A stretch of 38,620 nt of DNA from an uncultured Candidatus Saccharibacteria bacterium (GTDB lineage Bacteria > Patescibacteriota > Minisyncoccia > Phycocordibacterales > UBA1006), in NCBI GenBank assembly GCA_964601935.1, contig CAZROP010000002.1, positions 73,299-111,918 on the forward strand. The letters run 5' to 3'. Position numbers and translations under genes: made by a program. Of this stretch, positions 17,566-26,257 are shown one piece after another (position 1 is the first letter of the stretch; each line of letters opens with the position of its first letter). The notes under the pieces are model-generated. The model saw only the letters and a list, made by a program, of their open reading frames with translations. It was not told the DNA's origin and did no database searches.

Positions 17566-20391
17566 ATGGAATCTTTACCACAATTTCGCACTGCAGAAGA
17601 AGAGTTGAACTATCTCCGTGCTCGTATCACTGAACAGGAAAGTATACTGCGTGCTACCCAGATCCATGAATCAGCGCAGTCTGCAGCATTAGAGCAGGGA
17701 AAGGAGCAGATTGCTAACCAAATAGTGGATGCGTATCGTGTTCAGGATCCAGAAAAAGTACTCCACCATGAATCACAAATGAGCCACCAAGAAATAGGTG
17801 CAATATCTCTGAATCTGGCACCCGAGGCGCATGACTCGCAAATAGAAGGACTCTATGCGCTCATGTTGCAAAAAGGTGTACTTAATACGCTCAAAGTTGT
17901 AGAGAATATCAGGAATCCGCATCTATCAGACGATTTCCATAGGTTTTTGGTGCAGTATCTAGTTGCAGCACAGTCGTTACCAAAATTACCAAAGAAAAAC
18001 GAATTCTATCAGCAGCTCGAAATGACACTGTATGAGGTAACATTACCCGAACCCGAAGATGGCAAACAGGGGCGAGGCTTCAAAGAAATGGTTGCAACTA
18101 TGGAACAGATGCTGTATGGATTGCAAAGTATCGGACAGTTCGAAAAGACGGCGCATCACTGGTATTCGCTGGAGTTGGCCGTCCCCGCAGAATCAACCCA
18201 TGTGTCGTTCTATGTCTCTGTTCCTAATATAGCGAGGGATTTGTTCGAAAAGCAGCTGTTTGCTCTCTATACCAACGCAAAGGCAGAAGTGGTCCCCAAT
18301 GATTACAACGTATTTTCTGAAGATGGTATTGTACTGGGTGCATATGCCGTGCCTTCCTATAGTGAAATGACTGCGATCAAAACGTATGACCAGTTCGAGG
18401 CAGACCCTATCGACGTATTAGTACAGGTATTTTCCAAATTAGCAGAAGCAGGTGAGGGTGCGTTACTGCAGGTGGTGGTTCAGCCACATGATGATGGAAC
18501 AACCAAAGAGTATATCAAAAATCTCGAGCGCCTTAAAAAAGGTGACAGTTTCAAAGATATTAACAAGAAGTTTTCAGGATGGGATACATTCACCAGCATA
18601 TTCGGAAGTGCAGAAAAGAAAGATGAAGAAAAAAGTCCCGCGTATAATTATGATAATGAAGTGGCTGGAACACAACTACAGAAAAAACTACAAAGTCCTA
18701 TCGTCGCTACCTGTATTCGATTGGTGGTATCATCGGCATCGCTAGATCGTGGTACACAGATCATGCAAGAAATTAAATCTGGTTTTCAGCAGTTCTATAT
18801 CGAACGAGGTGGAGGAATTATATTCAAGGATATAAAACCGAATGATATGTCCGCGTTTACTCATGATATTTCCTATCGTGTATCAAATCCGCGGCAGGTG
18901 TACCATCTCAGCTTGGGGGAACTAGCAACGCTATTCCATTTCCCTGCAACTGCAGAAAAGGCAGCTCATTTGAAACGTAAACAATCATCAACAGCACCTG
19001 CACCATACGAAGTTCCAAAGGAGGGATTATTGCTTGGTTATAACGAGCATAGAGGAGTTACGACACCAATCCATATGGTCGCTGAAGATCGTATGCGTCA
19101 TTTCTACGTTATAGGTCAGACAGGAACAGGAAAAACAGGAGGATTGGTTAGTATGATTGCGCAGGATATCGCAAATGGCGAAGGTGTATGTTTTATCGAT
19201 CCACATGGTAATGATGTGCAGACTATTATGTCGATGATTCCCGAGCATCGCATCCAGGATGTTATTTACTTTGACCCTACGTATTTACCGCGACCGATGG
19301 GGCTCAACATGTTGGAGTTCGATCCGCGGTTTCCGCAGCAGAAGTCCCTGATTGTCGATCAGCTCATGATGATATTTAACCAGTTGTTCGATATGAAAAT
19401 GGCAGGAGGTCCTATGTTTGAACAGTACTTCAAAAATGCCACATACCTAGTAATGGAGCATCCAGAATCAGGTTGTACGCTCATGGAGATTGCACGAGTC
19501 ATGCAGGACAAGTCATATCGTGATATGAAATTGTCTCATTGTAATAATCCGTTGATTATTCAATTCTGGGAGGCCGCGACAAAGACAAAGGGGGATCAGG
19601 GTCTAGAAAACATGGTGCCCTGGATTACGTCCAAGTTTGATCCATTTCTATCCAACGAATTTATGCGCCCCATCGTAGCTCAGGAGCACTCAGCCTTCAA
19701 TATTCGTGACCTCATGGATAATAAAAAAATACTACTACTGAACTTGTCCAAGGGGTTGTTGGGTGAATTAAATGCCAAGCTTCTGGGTATGTTGATCGTG
19801 GGCAAAATGCAGATGGCTGCGATGTCTCGTGCAGACAGCTATGGTCAAAAATTATCTGACTTCTTCCTCTATATTGATGAGTTCCAGAACTTCCTTACTC
19901 CGGCTATTTCGTCTATCTTGTCGGAAGCACGAAAGTATCGACTGTCGCTTAACATTGCTCATCAGAACATGGCGCAGCTGACAGATCCTGTGATCAAAGG
20001 AGCCATATTTGGAAACGTGGGGACTAAATGTGTTTTCCGCGTAGACGCATCTGATGCCGCAGAGTTGGAGATATATATGAAGCCCTTTATGAAGGAGGAT
20101 ATCATTAAGCTAGAGAACCGTAATTGCTATACGGCTATGCTTGCCAATGGTTTGCCTCTGACAGCTTTTAATATGAAAACTCCTGATTGGGGGGAAATGA
20201 ACAAAAACATGATAGATGTCATCAAGCAGTATACTTATATGACCTACTGTCGTGATCGTGCCGAAGTAGAGGCTGAAATCCTATCAAAGTATAAAAAGCC
20301 CGAAGAACCGAAACCACCAGAAATGGCACCTCCTATGCCTGGTGGTGCAGTGCCTACTATGTCAGCAGGAGGTTTGGCGGATTTGTTTTAA
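17566..20391 (+). CDS. VirD4/TraG/TrwB-like (type IV coupling-protein-like) P-loop NTPase with a large uncharacterised N-terminal region
   Basis: Walker A HFYVIGQTGTGKTG (around 19099-19140) and Walker B FFLYIDEFQNF (around 19861-19893). ARKYRLSLNIAHQNMAQL resembles the C-terminal part of coupling-protein/TraM-recognition ATPases. The roughly 500 aa upstream carry no motif I recognise. The C-terminal tail is Pro-rich. Confidence 0.6.
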   Translation: MESLPQFRTAEEELNYLRARITEQESILRATQIHESAQSAALEQGKEQIANQIVDAYRVQDPEKVLHHESQMSHQEIGAISLNLAPEAHDSQIEGLYALMLQKGVLNTLKVVENIRNPHLSDDFHRFLVQYLVAAQSLPKLPKKNEFYQQLEMTLYEVTLPEPEDGKQGRGFKEMVATMEQMLYGLQSIGQFEKTAHHWYSLELAVPAESTHVSFYVSVPNIARDLFEKQLFALYTNAKAEVVPNDYNVFSEDGIVLGAYAVPSYSEMTAIKTYDQFEADPIDVLVQVFSKLAEAGEGALLQVVVQPHDDGTTKEYIKNLERLKKGDSFKDINKKFSGWDTFTSIFGSAEKKDEEKSPAYNYDNEVAGTQLQKKLQSPIVATCIRLVVSSASLDRGTQIMQEIKSGFQQFYIERGGGIIFKDIKPNDMSAFTHDISYRVSNPRQVYHLSLGELATLFHFPATAEKAAHLKRKQSSTAPAPYEVPKEGLLLGYNEHRGVTTPIHMVAEDRMRHFYVIGQTGTGKTGGLVSMIAQDIANGEGVCFIDPHGNDVQTIMSMIPEHRIQDVIYFDPTYLPRPMGLNMLEFDPRFPQQKSLIVDQLMMIFNQLFDMKMAGGPMFEQYFKNATYLVMEHPESGCTLMEIARVMQDKSYRDMKLSHCNNPLIIQFWEAATKTKGDQGLENMVPWITSKFDPFLSNEFMRPIVAQEHSAFNIRDLMDNKKILLLNLSKGLLGELNAKLLGMLIVGKMQMAAMSRADSYGQKLSDFFLYIDEFQNFLTPAISSILSEARKYRLSLNIAHQNMAQLTDPVIKGAIFGNVGTKCVFRVDASDAAELEIYMKPFMKEDIIKLENRNCYTAMLANGLPLTAFNMKTPDWGEMNKNMIDVIKQYTYMTYCRDRAEVEAEILSKYKKPEEPKPPEMAPPMPGGAVPTMSAGGLADLF

Positions 20392-20398
20392 ATTTGTT

Positions 20399-20869
20399 AT
20401 GGATAAAATTAAACGACTTGTTTATAAAATCTCCCACCCGATTATTAGGTTTTATTGGCGCACATTCAAACCAAGGACATTTGGTTCTCGTGGAATTATT
20501 CTAAATAACGGAAGAGTTTTATTAACAAAAAACATTAACGTCAGTCACTGGTCCTTGCCTGGAGGTAAAATTGATAGAGGGGAGAATCCTTTACAGTGCC
20601 TGTTTCGAGAGTTAAAAGAAGAGCTTGGCTTAGATGTAAATAGGGTAGATTATAAACTTGGTGAGTATACTTCTCAGCAAGAGGGTAAGCGGGATATCGT
20701 TTATATTTATGTTATTACTGTAGATTCGAATAAATTTGAAAAACAATGGGAGCTCGAAGATGCTCAATGGTTTCCATTAAGCACTCTGCCTGGTCAAACT
20801 AGTCCCGCAACAAAGAGGAGGTTGAATGAGTTGAAGTTAGGAAAACGAGAGCTTATTCTTGACTGGTAA
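20399..20869 (+). CDS. NUDIX hydrolase
   Basis: Nudix box GGKIDRGENPLQCLFRELKEELGL (GX5EX7REUXEEXGU). I trimmed the start to the ATG at 20399, 7 nt after the upstream stop. Confidence 0.85.
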   Translation: MDKIKRLVYKISHPIIRFYWRTFKPRTFGSRGIILNNGRVLLTKNINVSHWSLPGGKIDRGENPLQCLFRELKEELGLDVNRVDYKLGEYTSQQEGKRDIVYIYVITVDSNKFEKQWELEDAQWFPLSTLPGQTSPATKRRLNELKLGKRELILDW

Positions 20870-20908
20870 GGCTCAGGTCATATAAAACTAAAGTGAAGAT
20901 ACTTTCTG

Positions 20909-20989
20909 TGCCGGGGAGAGGACTTGAACCTCCATGAGTTGCCTCGCTTGCTCCTAAGGCAAGTGCGTCTACCGTTTCGCCACCCCGGC
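20909..20989 (-). tRNA. tRNA-Leu (anticodon TAG)
   Basis: The reverse complement folds as a cloverleaf: acceptor GCCGGGG/CCCCGGC, anticodon stem CTTGC/GCAAG with loop CTTAGGA, a long variable arm, and a T-loop GGTTCAAGTCC. CCA is not encoded. Confidence 0.9.
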
Positions 20990-21230
20990 ATAGCTGCGCC
21001 ATAATATATATCTAGGCGAGCAATGCATCAAATATATCATAGATATGGCAAAAGAAAAATACCTGCCATGCTTGAGAGATTCGCGAGCAGTCAAAGACTC
21101 GGTCACAAAACATATAATTATTCTTCGCTTAACGCTCTCATAATTATTGTTTCGCGACCCCTGACGTACCGAACTCCCCAGAGGGTCCCCGTCGGTACTA
21201 TTCTCGTCCTTTCTCTTTCGGCAAAAATAT

Positions 21231-21257
21231 ATCCCAAAATGTGGTACATTTTGGGAT
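21231..21257. terminator. Bidirectional intrinsic terminator downstream of tRNA-Leu(CAA)
   Basis: ATCCCAAAATGT - GGT - ACATTTTGGGAT forms a perfect 12-bp stem, flanked by A/T runs on both sides. Confidence 0.75.
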
Positions 21258-21264
21258 TATTTTG

Positions 21265-21345
21265 TGCCGGAGAAAGGACTCGAACCTTCACCCCTTTCGG
21301 AACTCGATTTTGAGTCGAGCGCGTCTACCATTCCGCCACTCCGGC
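21265..21345 (-). tRNA. tRNA-Leu (anticodon CAA)
   Basis: The reverse complement has acceptor GCCGGAG/CTCCGGC, anticodon stem CTCGA/TCGAG with loop CTCAAAA, a long variable arm, and a T-loop GGTTCGAGTCC. CCA is not encoded. Confidence 0.9.
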
Positions 21346-21457
21346 AATATTGGTAGCGTATCATATTTTTTAAAAACTTCCATATATCGAATTCATAGTG
21401 TTGTTCTGCGGGAGTGAAACAATTCACACCCCACACATGCGTGTCGGTGGACGTGCA

Positions 21458-21466
21458 TGCTACACT
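21458..21466 (+). promoter_or_regulatory. Extended -10 element TGCTACACT, 9 nt upstream of the parB ATG at 21476
   Basis: Matches TGnTAnnnT. This supports trimming the tracked ORF, which starts at 21398, to 21476. Confidence 0.45.
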
Positions 21467-21475
21467 GTATGTACT

Positions 21476-22918
21476 ATGTCCGATGCATCCATACTTAATA
21501 ACCAGGTACACTGGATCGAAACTCGCTTAATTTCTGCAAATCCGTACCAGCCTCGTATCGAATTCAATGATGATACTATTAATGAACTGGCAGACTCTAT
21601 TCGTCAGTATGGTATTTTGCAGCCACTGACTGTGACCCAGGCCCCCATGGCAACCGCTGACGGCGGGTCAGAAATGCATTATGAACTGATTGCAGGAGAG
21701 CGTCGTTTGCGCGCATCGCGTATGGCTGGTCTGGAGCGCGTGCCTGTGATTATTCGTGTGGGCGATACCAACAAACAGCGTTTGGAGTTGGCAATTATCG
21801 AAAACCTGCAACGCGAAGATTTGAACGCTGTGGATCGTGCAAAGGCGTTTCTACAGCTAGCACAGGAGTTTAGTTTGTCACATACCGAAATTGGAAAGCG
21901 CATGGGTAAAAGCCGCGAATATGTATCAAATACGCTGCGTTTATTGGCATTGCCACAGTATATACTGGACGGGCTGGTGGGTAGAAAAATCAGCGAAGGT
22001 CACACCCGACCATTATTAATGTTGGCGGACAAGCCTGAAAATCAAAAGGCTCTGTTCCATGATATTGTAAATTATAAAATGTCCGTACGCGCAGCAGAGG
22101 CACGAGCTCGCAAGGAAGCTCAGGAAAAAGTCCGCAAAGAACATCTGAAAACTGATCCCAAAATCCTGAATCTGGAAGAAAAGTTATCAAATACTTTGAA
22201 AGCGCGTGTTGCGATAGAAACAGCGCAAGATGGTAATAGTGGACGACTAGTAATTAACTACTTTAATCCTGACGAATTAAATGATCTAATACGCTTGATG
22301 GGGCAGGTCACGGGCGATGCAGCACTGCAGGGGATAGAGATGCCTGTGGCAAAAACTAATATCCTCTCAGAGGAAAAGAAGATCGCGACAGCGACAGGCT
22401 TTGCGTTGAGTACAGGATTTTTGGACGAGGTGTCAGTCGATGATGATGCCGGTGAATTACTGCAATCAGAACGACATTCTCGACCTGATCCTGCAGGGTT
22501 TGGGTTTGATGCTGCGCACTTCACCCCATCTGCACCAACACTGCAGGAGGATCTCGCAGAGGCGCACGATAAGGAAAAATTACAGAGCGCAGCACAGAGC
22601 CCTGTTCCAACTACTACTCAGGAACTAGAGGTCGCGCCACTACAACTAGTAGCTGAACCAAAAAAATCAAAAGACGAGCCAGTAACAGAATTCACCTCCT
22701 TGTCGGAGTTGCTGGAACGTGCCCGTAAGATTAGCCCATTGGACACCGGAACACTTGAAGCATACGAGGCTGATCAAGATATGACTATGTCGTCCGACCA
22801 GCAAGAAGGTAATGAAGAGTCAATTATTAGTGATGCGGAAATGGACAAGAAATTCAGTAGTCCATCCATGACTACTGCGGCGCCTGCAGACCTGTATAGT
22901 GCGTTGTTTAACATTTAA
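21476..22918 (+). CDS. parB: ParB/Spo0J-family partition protein with an acidic, low-complexity C-terminal extension of about 200 aa
   Basis: ParB box IAGERRLRAS (arginine patch), HTH SHTEIGKRMGKSREYVSNTLRLL, and a dimerisation-like segment GRLVINYFNPDELNDLIRLM. This is followed by about 200 aa rich in Asp/Glu/Ser/Thr/Pro/Ala. Confidence 0.85.
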   Translation: MSDASILNNQVHWIETRLISANPYQPRIEFNDDTINELADSIRQYGILQPLTVTQAPMATADGGSEMHYELIAGERRLRASRMAGLERVPVIIRVGDTNKQRLELAIIENLQREDLNAVDRAKAFLQLAQEFSLSHTEIGKRMGKSREYVSNTLRLLALPQYILDGLVGRKISEGHTRPLLMLADKPENQKALFHDIVNYKMSVRAAEARARKEAQEKVRKEHLKTDPKILNLEEKLSNTLKARVAIETAQDGNSGRLVINYFNPDELNDLIRLMGQVTGDAALQGIEMPVAKTNILSEEKKIATATGFALSTGFLDEVSVDDDAGELLQSERHSRPDPAGFGFDAAHFTPSAPTLQEDLAEAHDKEKLQSAAQSPVPTTTQELEVAPLQLVAEPKKSKDEPVTEFTSLSELLERARKISPLDTGTLEAYEADQDMTMSSDQQEGNEESIISDAEMDKKFSSPSMTTAAPADLYSALFNI

Positions 22919-22926
22919 TCAAATTT

Positions 22927-24432
22927 TTATCTCATCAGGAGTTTATCCAGAATTCCTTTTTGGTTACGCGAGATATAGGAATTGATATGCTTTTTCGCGA
23001 GGGATGAAATACACCATGCCAGCCATTTGCTGGAGGGGTTAGATTTTTTGTCTACAATTATTTCTACTACATCAGAATTCTTTAATACCGTTTTTAATGC
23101 CGAGTACTTGCCATTAATCATAGCCCCGTTTGCATGTGACCCGATATCGCTGTGTACTGCATATGCGAAATCTAATACTGTCCCATGTTCGGGTATATCG
23201 ATCACATCTCCTTTGGGCGTATAGATAAATATACGGTCCTGGAAAAAGTCAGTACGCAATGTTTTGAGAAAGTCCACATAGTTAACGCCGGTAGTAGATC
23301 CCGATTCCAGAGATGATAAGTCAGCAAGCCAGTTAAAACTGTCTTTTTGATATCGGTTGGTCCCAGCCTTTTTGTACATGTGATGAGATGAAATACCGTA
23401 TTCGTTCACCTGGTTCATGTATGCTGTACGTATCTGAATTTCGGCTGTGTTGCCGTCACCGGCAAAAATACTAGTGTGCAGTGATTGGTATCCATTAGGT
23501 TTCGGTAGAGCAATGAAATCTTTGATGCGGCCGGGAATAGGGCGATAGTGGGCATGTATCAATCCGAGTAGGCGATAGCAATCCTCGGGTGTTTCGGTGA
23601 TAATGCGTAATGCGATAATATCGTAGACCTCTGCTATATTCCAACTTTTCTTGATAAGTTTCTTGTACAAACTGTATAAACTCTTCACGCGTTTTTCTAT
23701 TTTGATGCCTCGAATTCCTGCGGTTCCTATGTCTTTTACAATGCCTCTATGAACTCTGTTGAGGGTTTCTGTAGTGTGACTCATTGCCTGTTCAAATATA
23801 TCCTTGGTTTTGCGGTATTCTTCTGGATAGGCATAAGGGAACGCTGCATCCTGGATTTCGGTTGTAATTTTCCCCATACCGAGACGGGATGCTAGCTGCG
23901 CGTAGATTTCTATACTTTCTATAGCAATGCGGGCTCGCTTTTCGGGTCGAATATGTTGCAGCGTCTGCAGATTGTGCAGACGATCAGCCAACTTTACCAT
24001 GACGACACGCACGTCAGAGGCAGCTGAAATAAAAAACTTTCGCAAGGATTCTACATGTCGAGCATTGCCTTGATACCTAATCTTTCCCAGTTTGGTGACT
24101 CCTTGAACCAGATTAACAATTTCATCGCCGAATTCTGATCGTAGTTCAGATTCAGTGGTTTCTGTGTCTTCGAGTATATCGTGCAGCAGTCCTGCCGCGA
24201 TCACGGGTGCATTCATACCGAATCGTGCACAGTTTTTGGCAGCGTTATATACATGGGTGAAATAAGGTTCGCCCGACGCACGTATCTGTCCCTTGTGGGC
24301 TGTTTCCGAGTAGTGATATGCCTGATGCAGGAGCGCTTTGTCGGGTTCAGATAGTTGTATATGGCACTGCTGTGCGTAGGTAATGAGAGATTCTGGAGAC
24401 ATATAATTGGAAGTTTTCATATTGTACACCAT
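22927..24432 (-). CDS. rel: Bifunctional RelA/SpoT-homologue (p)ppGpp synthetase/hydrolase, short form ending shortly after the TGS domain
   Basis: HD hydrolase motif (AAGLLHDILEDT), synthetase motifs (YQSLHTSI, EIQIRT), and a TGS domain (IFIYTPKGDVIDIPEHGTVLDFAYAVHSDIG). The start could also be the ATG at 24420. Confidence 0.9.
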   Translation of the reverse strand: MVYNMKTSNYMSPESLITYAQQCHIQLSEPDKALLHQAYHYSETAHKGQIRASGEPYFTHVYNAAKNCARFGMNAPVIAAGLLHDILEDTETTESELRSEFGDEIVNLVQGVTKLGKIRYQGNARHVESLRKFFISAASDVRVVMVKLADRLHNLQTLQHIRPEKRARIAIESIEIYAQLASRLGMGKITTEIQDAAFPYAYPEEYRKTKDIFEQAMSHTTETLNRVHRGIVKDIGTAGIRGIKIEKRVKSLYSLYKKLIKKSWNIAEVYDIIALRIITETPEDCYRLLGLIHAHYRPIPGRIKDFIALPKPNGYQSLHTSIFAGDGNTAEIQIRTAYMNQVNEYGISSHHMYKKAGTNRYQKDSFNWLADLSSLESGSTTGVNYVDFLKTLRTDFFQDRIFIYTPKGDVIDIPEHGTVLDFAYAVHSDIGSHANGAMINGKYSALKTVLKNSDVVEIIVDKKSNPSSKWLAWCISSLAKKHINSYISRNQKGILDKLLMR

Positions 24433-24499
24433 TCTGCGGGGCCAAGGTATGTTTTCCTCATGTATTATTCAGTTTTACTAGCGTATAGTATTAATCGTT

Positions 24500-24508
24500 T
24501 GCTACAAT
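24500..24508 (+). promoter_or_regulatory. Extended -10 element TGCTACAAT, 8 nt upstream of the ATG at 24517
   Basis: Matches TGnTAnnnT. No Shine-Dalgarno sequence is present. Confidence 0.5.
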
Positions 24509-24516
24509 GAATATAT

Positions 24517-25029
24517 ATGAAGAACTCGCATTTTCACTTCTTTCTGGTGATCCTGATTATAGGGTTTGGCCTGCTGGGTTATACGAGTTACCGTACGATC
24601 GATTTTACATTTACAGAACACACTGCGTTAGCAGAGGATGTCTATGTCCCCGAGATAACTACTACGCCACCTGATACCGCGAGTACCACTGTTCCAGAGG
24701 CTGTAATACCTACGACTACCGACATACCACAGCCTACTGTTCCCGCTACTGACTTATCCCCAGAAAAAAAAGCTCTCATCGCTGAACTAGAGGGTGACCT
24801 CATCAAGAACGATGTGAGGATGAAAATCGGTAGTAAGGGAACACGTGTAGGCACTGTGCAAAAATTTATCAATATCTATGAGGGTAAAAAAACTACCATT
24901 GATAACAAATACGGTGCAGGTCTACAGAAAAGTATTTTAGCTTTTCAGAAAGCGGTGGGCGACGATGCTGATGGCCTGGCAGATCCGGGTACTTATCAGA
25001 AAATGATTGACTGGTTAAAGGCTAACTAG
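24517..25029 (+). CDS. Membrane-anchored protein with a Pro/Thr-rich linker and a C-terminal peptidoglycan-binding (PG_binding_1-like) domain
   Basis: Transmembrane helix FHFFLVILIIGFGLLGY and a TTPPDTASTTVPEAVIPTTTDIPQPTVP linker. GSKGTRVGTVQKFINIY...DNKYGAGLQKSILAFQKAVGDDADGLADPGTYQKMIDWL fits the peptidoglycan-binding repeat pattern. Confidence 0.7.
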   Translation: MKNSHFHFFLVILIIGFGLLGYTSYRTIDFTFTEHTALAEDVYVPEITTTPPDTASTTVPEAVIPTTTDIPQPTVPATDLSPEKKALIAELEGDLIKNDVRMKIGSKGTRVGTVQKFINIYEGKKTTIDNKYGAGLQKSILAFQKAVGDDADGLADPGTYQKMIDWLKAN

Positions 25030-25034
25030 TCTAG

Positions 25035-25059
25035 AATCCCGCTCGGCGGGATTTCATTT
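25035..25059 (+). terminator. Intrinsic terminator
   Basis: AATCCCGC - TCG - GCGGGATT followed by TCATTT. Confidence 0.7.
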
Positions 25060-25075
25060 GGATAAGTTCACTTCT

Positions 25076-25846
25076 ATGATATCCTATATTAATATGAATC
25101 AACGAGGTCGTGAACATCCATTACTGACAACTGTGGCGGAAATCCAGACTATATTTGCGAGCCTGGGTTTTTCCGCGGCAACGGGTCCCGAGCGAGAAAC
25201 AGAGTGGTATAATTTTGATGCCCTGAATGTTCCTGCTGATCATCCTGCGCGTGATATGCAGGATACGTTTTGGATTGATGAAGGGAGGAGAGAGGGAGAC
25301 GCGCCGGCAGATATCCTTGGCGCGCGAGATAACACTAGTGGCCGGCGCGTACTGCGCACCCACACTACATCCGCAACTGCGCGCTATCTAGAAGCTGCAG
25401 CACAGAGTAATAACTTTCCCTGTGCATACTACAGCTGCGGCAAGGTATTCCGTAACGAAGCAACTGATCCAACCCACGAGATGAATTTCTATCAGATAGA
25501 CGGGTGTATGGTAGGTACGGATATTTCCTTGGCGAATTTGAAGTACATACTTCTGGAACTCTATCGTCGATTGCTGGGTGATGATGTAGAAATCCAACTA
25601 CGCCCTAGCTTTTTCCCTTTTACGGAACCTTCGGTAGAAGTATGGGTGCAATTCCGTGGTAAGTGGCTAGAAATGATGGGGGCAGGAATGATTCATCCGA
25701 ATGTACTGCGCAATGTTGGTATCGATCCTGAAAAGTATCAAGGATTTGCATTCGGTGGTGGAGTAGATCGTATTGTAATGATCAAGTACGATGTTTCTGA
25801 TGTCCGTTATCTCTATCAGGGTGATTTGCGTTTGAATCAGTGGTAA
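25076..25846 (+). CDS. pheS: Phenylalanine--tRNA ligase alpha subunit, short form lacking the N-terminal coiled-coil
   Basis: Class II aaRS motifs: HPL...F, DTFW, LRTHTTS, FRNE..D.TH..NFYQIDG, and FPFTEPS...GAGMIHPNVL.. GFAFGGGVDR. The start is uncertain: TTG 25058 abuts the terminator, and ATG 25076 and ATG 25094 are both possible. Confidence 0.88.
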   Translation: MISYINMNQRGREHPLLTTVAEIQTIFASLGFSAATGPERETEWYNFDALNVPADHPARDMQDTFWIDEGRREGDAPADILGARDNTSGRRVLRTHTTSATARYLEAAAQSNNFPCAYYSCGKVFRNEATDPTHEMNFYQIDGCMVGTDISLANLKYILLELYRRLLGDDVEIQLRPSFFPFTEPSVEVWVQFRGKWLEMMGAGMIHPNVLRNVGIDPEKYQGFAFGGGVDRIVMIKYDVSDVRYLYQGDLRLNQW

Positions 25847-25855
25847 AATACCAAT

Positions 25856-26257
25856 ATGATGCATATACAATATAAACTTCAGGATTCAGGAATACATGGT
25901 GTTGGGCTTTTTGCGGATCAAGATATTTTGGAAGGGCAGTTGGTATATACAGCAAGCCCACTGCTCGATTTGAATATAAACCAAGAAACATTCGATGCTC
26001 TATCTGACGCAGAACAACATGAAGTACGGTACTGGGGATTTTTTGATGAACCAAGTCAGTTGTGGCATGTTGATTTTGACGTCTCAAAATTTATTAATCA
26101 TATGCCTGCAGAACAGGCAACGGTAACTCAGGATAACAAGCACACCGATGCCTATTTAATCGCAGTGCGTGATATCAAAATGGGTGTAGAGTTAACCCAA
26201 AATTACTTGGAATTTGAAAGCATCGATGATTTACGTAATAGAGGCATTAACAGGTAG
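25856..26257 (+). CDS. SET-domain protein (putative protein-lysine methyltransferase)
   Basis: GIHGVGLFADQDILEGQLV (N-SET strand), FINHMPAEQATV (NH motif region), and a GVELTQNYLEF tail. Confidence 0.7.
   Translation: MMHIQYKLQDSGIHGVGLFADQDILEGQLVYTASPLLDLNINQETFDALSDAEQHEVRYWGFFDEPSQLWHVDFDVSKFINHMPAEQATVTQDNKHTDAYLIAVRDIKMGVELTQNYLEFESIDDLRNRGINR

Noticed and set aside
21031-21225. SRP (4.5S) RNA in the tRNA-Leu spacer, suggested by a GTCAGG string on the minus strand
   Set aside because: The downstream sequence does not match the conserved domain IV (GGUCCGGAAGGAAGCAGC-like) motif or its symmetric/asymmetric loop pattern.
21023-21313. 96-codon plus-strand ORF between the tRNA genes
   Set aside because: It overlaps tRNA-Leu(CAA) and the terminator hairpin. 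It has no motif support.
21402-21421. Possible parS site TGTTCTGCGGGAGTGAAACA just upstream of parB
   Set aside because: Only the right half (GTGAAACA) matches the parS consensus TGTTNCACGTGAAACA. The left half is interrupted by extra bases, so it is not a credible 16-bp palindrome.
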